Positions 61,414 to 64,000 of a stretch of 64,000 nt of DNA are shown here, in pieces; within the stretch, counting starts at the first letter, position 1, and each line of letters opens with the position of its first letter. This DNA comes from Tubulanus polymorphus. Lineage: Eukaryota > Animalia > Nemertea. The stretch spans positions 26,126,560-26,190,559 of the forward strand of contig NC_134027.1 of the NCBI RefSeq assembly GCF_964204645.1, in the 5' to 3' direction. A program made the position numbers and the translations under genes. A model generated the notes under the pieces. That model was not told where the DNA came from. It was given only the letters and a program-made list of their open reading frames with translations, and made no database searches.

Positions 61414-63112
61414 TAGTCGAAATTTTGAAATGAACTGCTATCTCTAATAGTGGTATTCGAGAGATTATTGTACTAAAATAAATAGCGATGGCACTAATAT
61501 GTTTTACTTTGTGCAATGTGTTTCTATGTGATGATATTAAATGCAGCTTGTTCATCGATCTTTGTACATAGTGTCAATAAAATTTTATAAACTATTCGTC
61601 ATATAATTCAATTAATAGTTAGTTAGTTCTTTAGGCTGATAGCTTCATTTCGCTTGTCGAGTCAAGACTTTCAGACTGGTTTGATATTCCACTCGAGGAG
61701 CAGTTGAGTTCACTGAAGTGATCGATGGAAAGAAGTGAATAAGATTTTCTCATGTTTATTATCGAAAATATTCTAGAATAGGTGATACAATGAAAATGAC
61801 ACCGGCCATGTAGAAATAATATCATAAATATCGAGAAGGGATGAAATATCAAATTGTGTCACTAACTAATAAGTTTACAGTGAAGATATACTTGGTTAAG
61901 AATTAGTGGCAATTCAAAGGGGTCTTCGCAAAATACAAACCCCTACAAATGTAAGTGATTTAAAGTGTTGTGCCCCATTCTAGATGGCATGAAAAGGGAT
62001 TTCAGGGAAAAAATGGCAAAATCTTGTACAAAAGTAGATGCAGCCAGAGGCATGTCAGGGTCCATTGCGGTTTTTCAATTTCCCTTGAGCCCACTCAAAA
62101 TAATATAAGCCTGATGAGAAAATGATCAGTCGTGAGAAGGCACTTTCAGATTTTTCAGGCAAAGGGCAACTTGATAATTTAAGGAGGGCAAGGACCCTCT
62201 AATAAGTGAAAACCCACAGTTAGTTACAACTAAACCCCATGACTAGAGAAACCAAGTTCTCTGATATAAGGGTTTAGTAGTTAACTCAAAACTGCCAGCG
62301 AATAAACTTTTAAATATCTACTGTGGGTTTTCACTTATCAACTCTAAACTGAGAATATATCAAGTCAGTGCACCAGTCATGTTAACAACCCTCTCTAAAT
62401 CCATGCCGATCCCTGTGTGCGTAAAGCATTGTAACCCCATATAGATGCATATTAATACCCAATGAATGCCTCTTTAAAACATTAACCCTCATCAATCTTC
62501 AAGTTACATCATAACGATAACAACGTCATCATAAAATCTCAATCATTACGGAATCTATGAAATTCTTCTCACCGTATTTTAACACATAAAATATCCACAT
62601 TCAATCCAGTTGAATGAATTTAATACATTTCTCAGATTTCGTAGAATTGGTTTTATATCACAGCTTAAACGCGGTATTTTTGTATAAATAAAAACAAATA
62701 AACAACGCAATTATTTACAAGCAATTATTAAAAACAGACTTTGTTTAGTTTTTTGCTGTCATCTCATCTTGAAGCAAAACTTGCGTTAGTTAAAAAACAG
62801 AAACCAGTTCCACTAAACTGTACTAACATTCTACAAGTCAAATCATTTAATTTTCAATTGGTTAATCATAGAGTATAACCATGGAATTCTGTGCAAACCT
62901 CCCTCCCTCGGCAGGAACTTGAAACTGATGTTATGGTGAGACTCTGCCATGGCATGAAACTCTGCCTAATCAGAAGTCAGATTTTATTCTAGCCCGGGTT
63001 ATTCCTATCTGCAACTTAGCCTCGGTGATTATAAATAACAGGCAATCTGATTGGTGTTGCTAGTTTTCATGCGACTTAGCTGCACATGCAACTGTGAACT
63101 TGTACTAATCAG

Positions 63113-63221
63113 GGCCTGGTTTTATAGACTGGTATCATCTTTAACCTGGGGGTTAACTCAATTGAAAATGAATTAAGTTAGCCTCCAGGTTAAAGTTAAT
63201 ACCAGTCTATAAAACCGGCCC
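63113..63221. mobile_element. Palindromic Harbinger MITE with CAG TSD
   Basis: CAG|GGCCTGGTTTTATAGACTGGTAT...ATACCAGTCTATAAAACCGGCCC|CAG. Confidence 0.85.
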
Positions 63222-63432
63222 CAGGGGTTTTGTGCCGCTACAGAATCCCTGCCGAGGGAGGAAGGGTGCAAACAGAATCTTATCTGCGTATTTTAAGTAC
63301 CCTTTCATAAAATTAATGCCCATCAGACGAGAAGAAACTGCTTTGAAGTCAGTTGTGGAGCATAGAGAGATGCTTTGAGAATCCTCGCGCATGAAGCAGA
63401 CCGCCGCTGCTGCTGCTGCTGCTGCTGCTGTC

Positions 63433-63959
63433 TTATAAACCGAATGTTCCACTTTGACTTCCGTTCATCAAATGAGTCCTTTCATTCGCATCATCAGCTC
63501 TTAAAGCATTAGTAAAACTCTGTCGATACCAACCATAGATAATACAGTTTACAAATCCTTGTAATGGAGCTGTCAATGCCTGTAATTTAACGATTAATAA
63601 AATTAAAATTACCATACAGACACAAACCAACTCTTAGTATCTCTCTCATTTCTGTAGTGAACTGATATAAATCTCAGTATAGTAAACGAATAAAAACCCG
63701 TAGATTTGTAGAAACAGTTTATTTCCTTACAGTTTCGAGGTTAAAACTAAACCTCATCTTCAGAGGAACAAAAATACTGTACCTCATCTTCAGAGGAACA
63801 AAAACTACTGTTTCTACTAATCTACTGTTGGTTTTTATTCATCTCTCTCATTATCGAACAGAACAGAAATAAACCGAATTCTCACCTGAATGATAAAAAG
63901 AGGGTAGTAATATCTCATGTTGAAAGATTTGCTTAGCGAGAAAAATCCCAAGAGAAGCG
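63433..63959 (-). CDS. 3' end of a TMEM116-like / cAMP-receptor-like 7TM protein (continues beyond the window). Exons: 63959-63886, 63579-63433
   Basis: Spliced LLLGFFSLSKSFNMRYYYPLFIIQ|ALTAPLQGFVNCIIYGWYRQSF... The QGFxNCxxYGW TM7 motif is typical of TMEM116/GPR157-like proteins. Confidence 0.7.
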
Positions 63960-64000
63960 CTGAAAAGAAATCACATACGTACATAGATAGAGTACCTAGC

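Overview
This is AT-rich genomic DNA from an invertebrate animal, with GT-AG spliceosomal introns throughout. A protostome/lophotrochozoan origin is plausible but not proven. No prokaryotic features, CRISPR arrays or rRNA genes were seen. Ten protein-coding genes can be reconstructed exon by exon, in order: 3' part of a zfh2/ZFHX3-4 zinc-finger homeobox gene (one 5.4-kb exon, about 3-kb 3'UTR); METTL9; a five-exon gene carrying an integrase-type HHCC zinc-binding domain; a signal-peptide/TM protein with a lumenal C2H2-like finger; a secreted LamG-like/Ser-rich/PAN protein; an SLC38A11-like transporter; an intronless 4-TM PPxY protein; ZC3HC1 head-to-head with KLHDC10; and the 3' end of a TMEM116-like gene. 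Non-coding space is dense with non-autonomous transposons: Harbinger, Tc1/mariner foldback, piggyBac and 9-bp-TSD MITEs, tRNA-derived SINEs, a LINE fragment, and Penelope-type termini with minimal hammerhead ribozyme motifs. The most interesting signals are the hammerhead motifs, the apparently domesticated integrase-domain gene, the ZC3HC1-KLHDC10 divergent pair (also adjacent in human) split by a LINE, and a candidate recursive-splice/cassette-exon module at the ZFHX 3' end. All exon boundaries were read by eye and may be off by a few bases.
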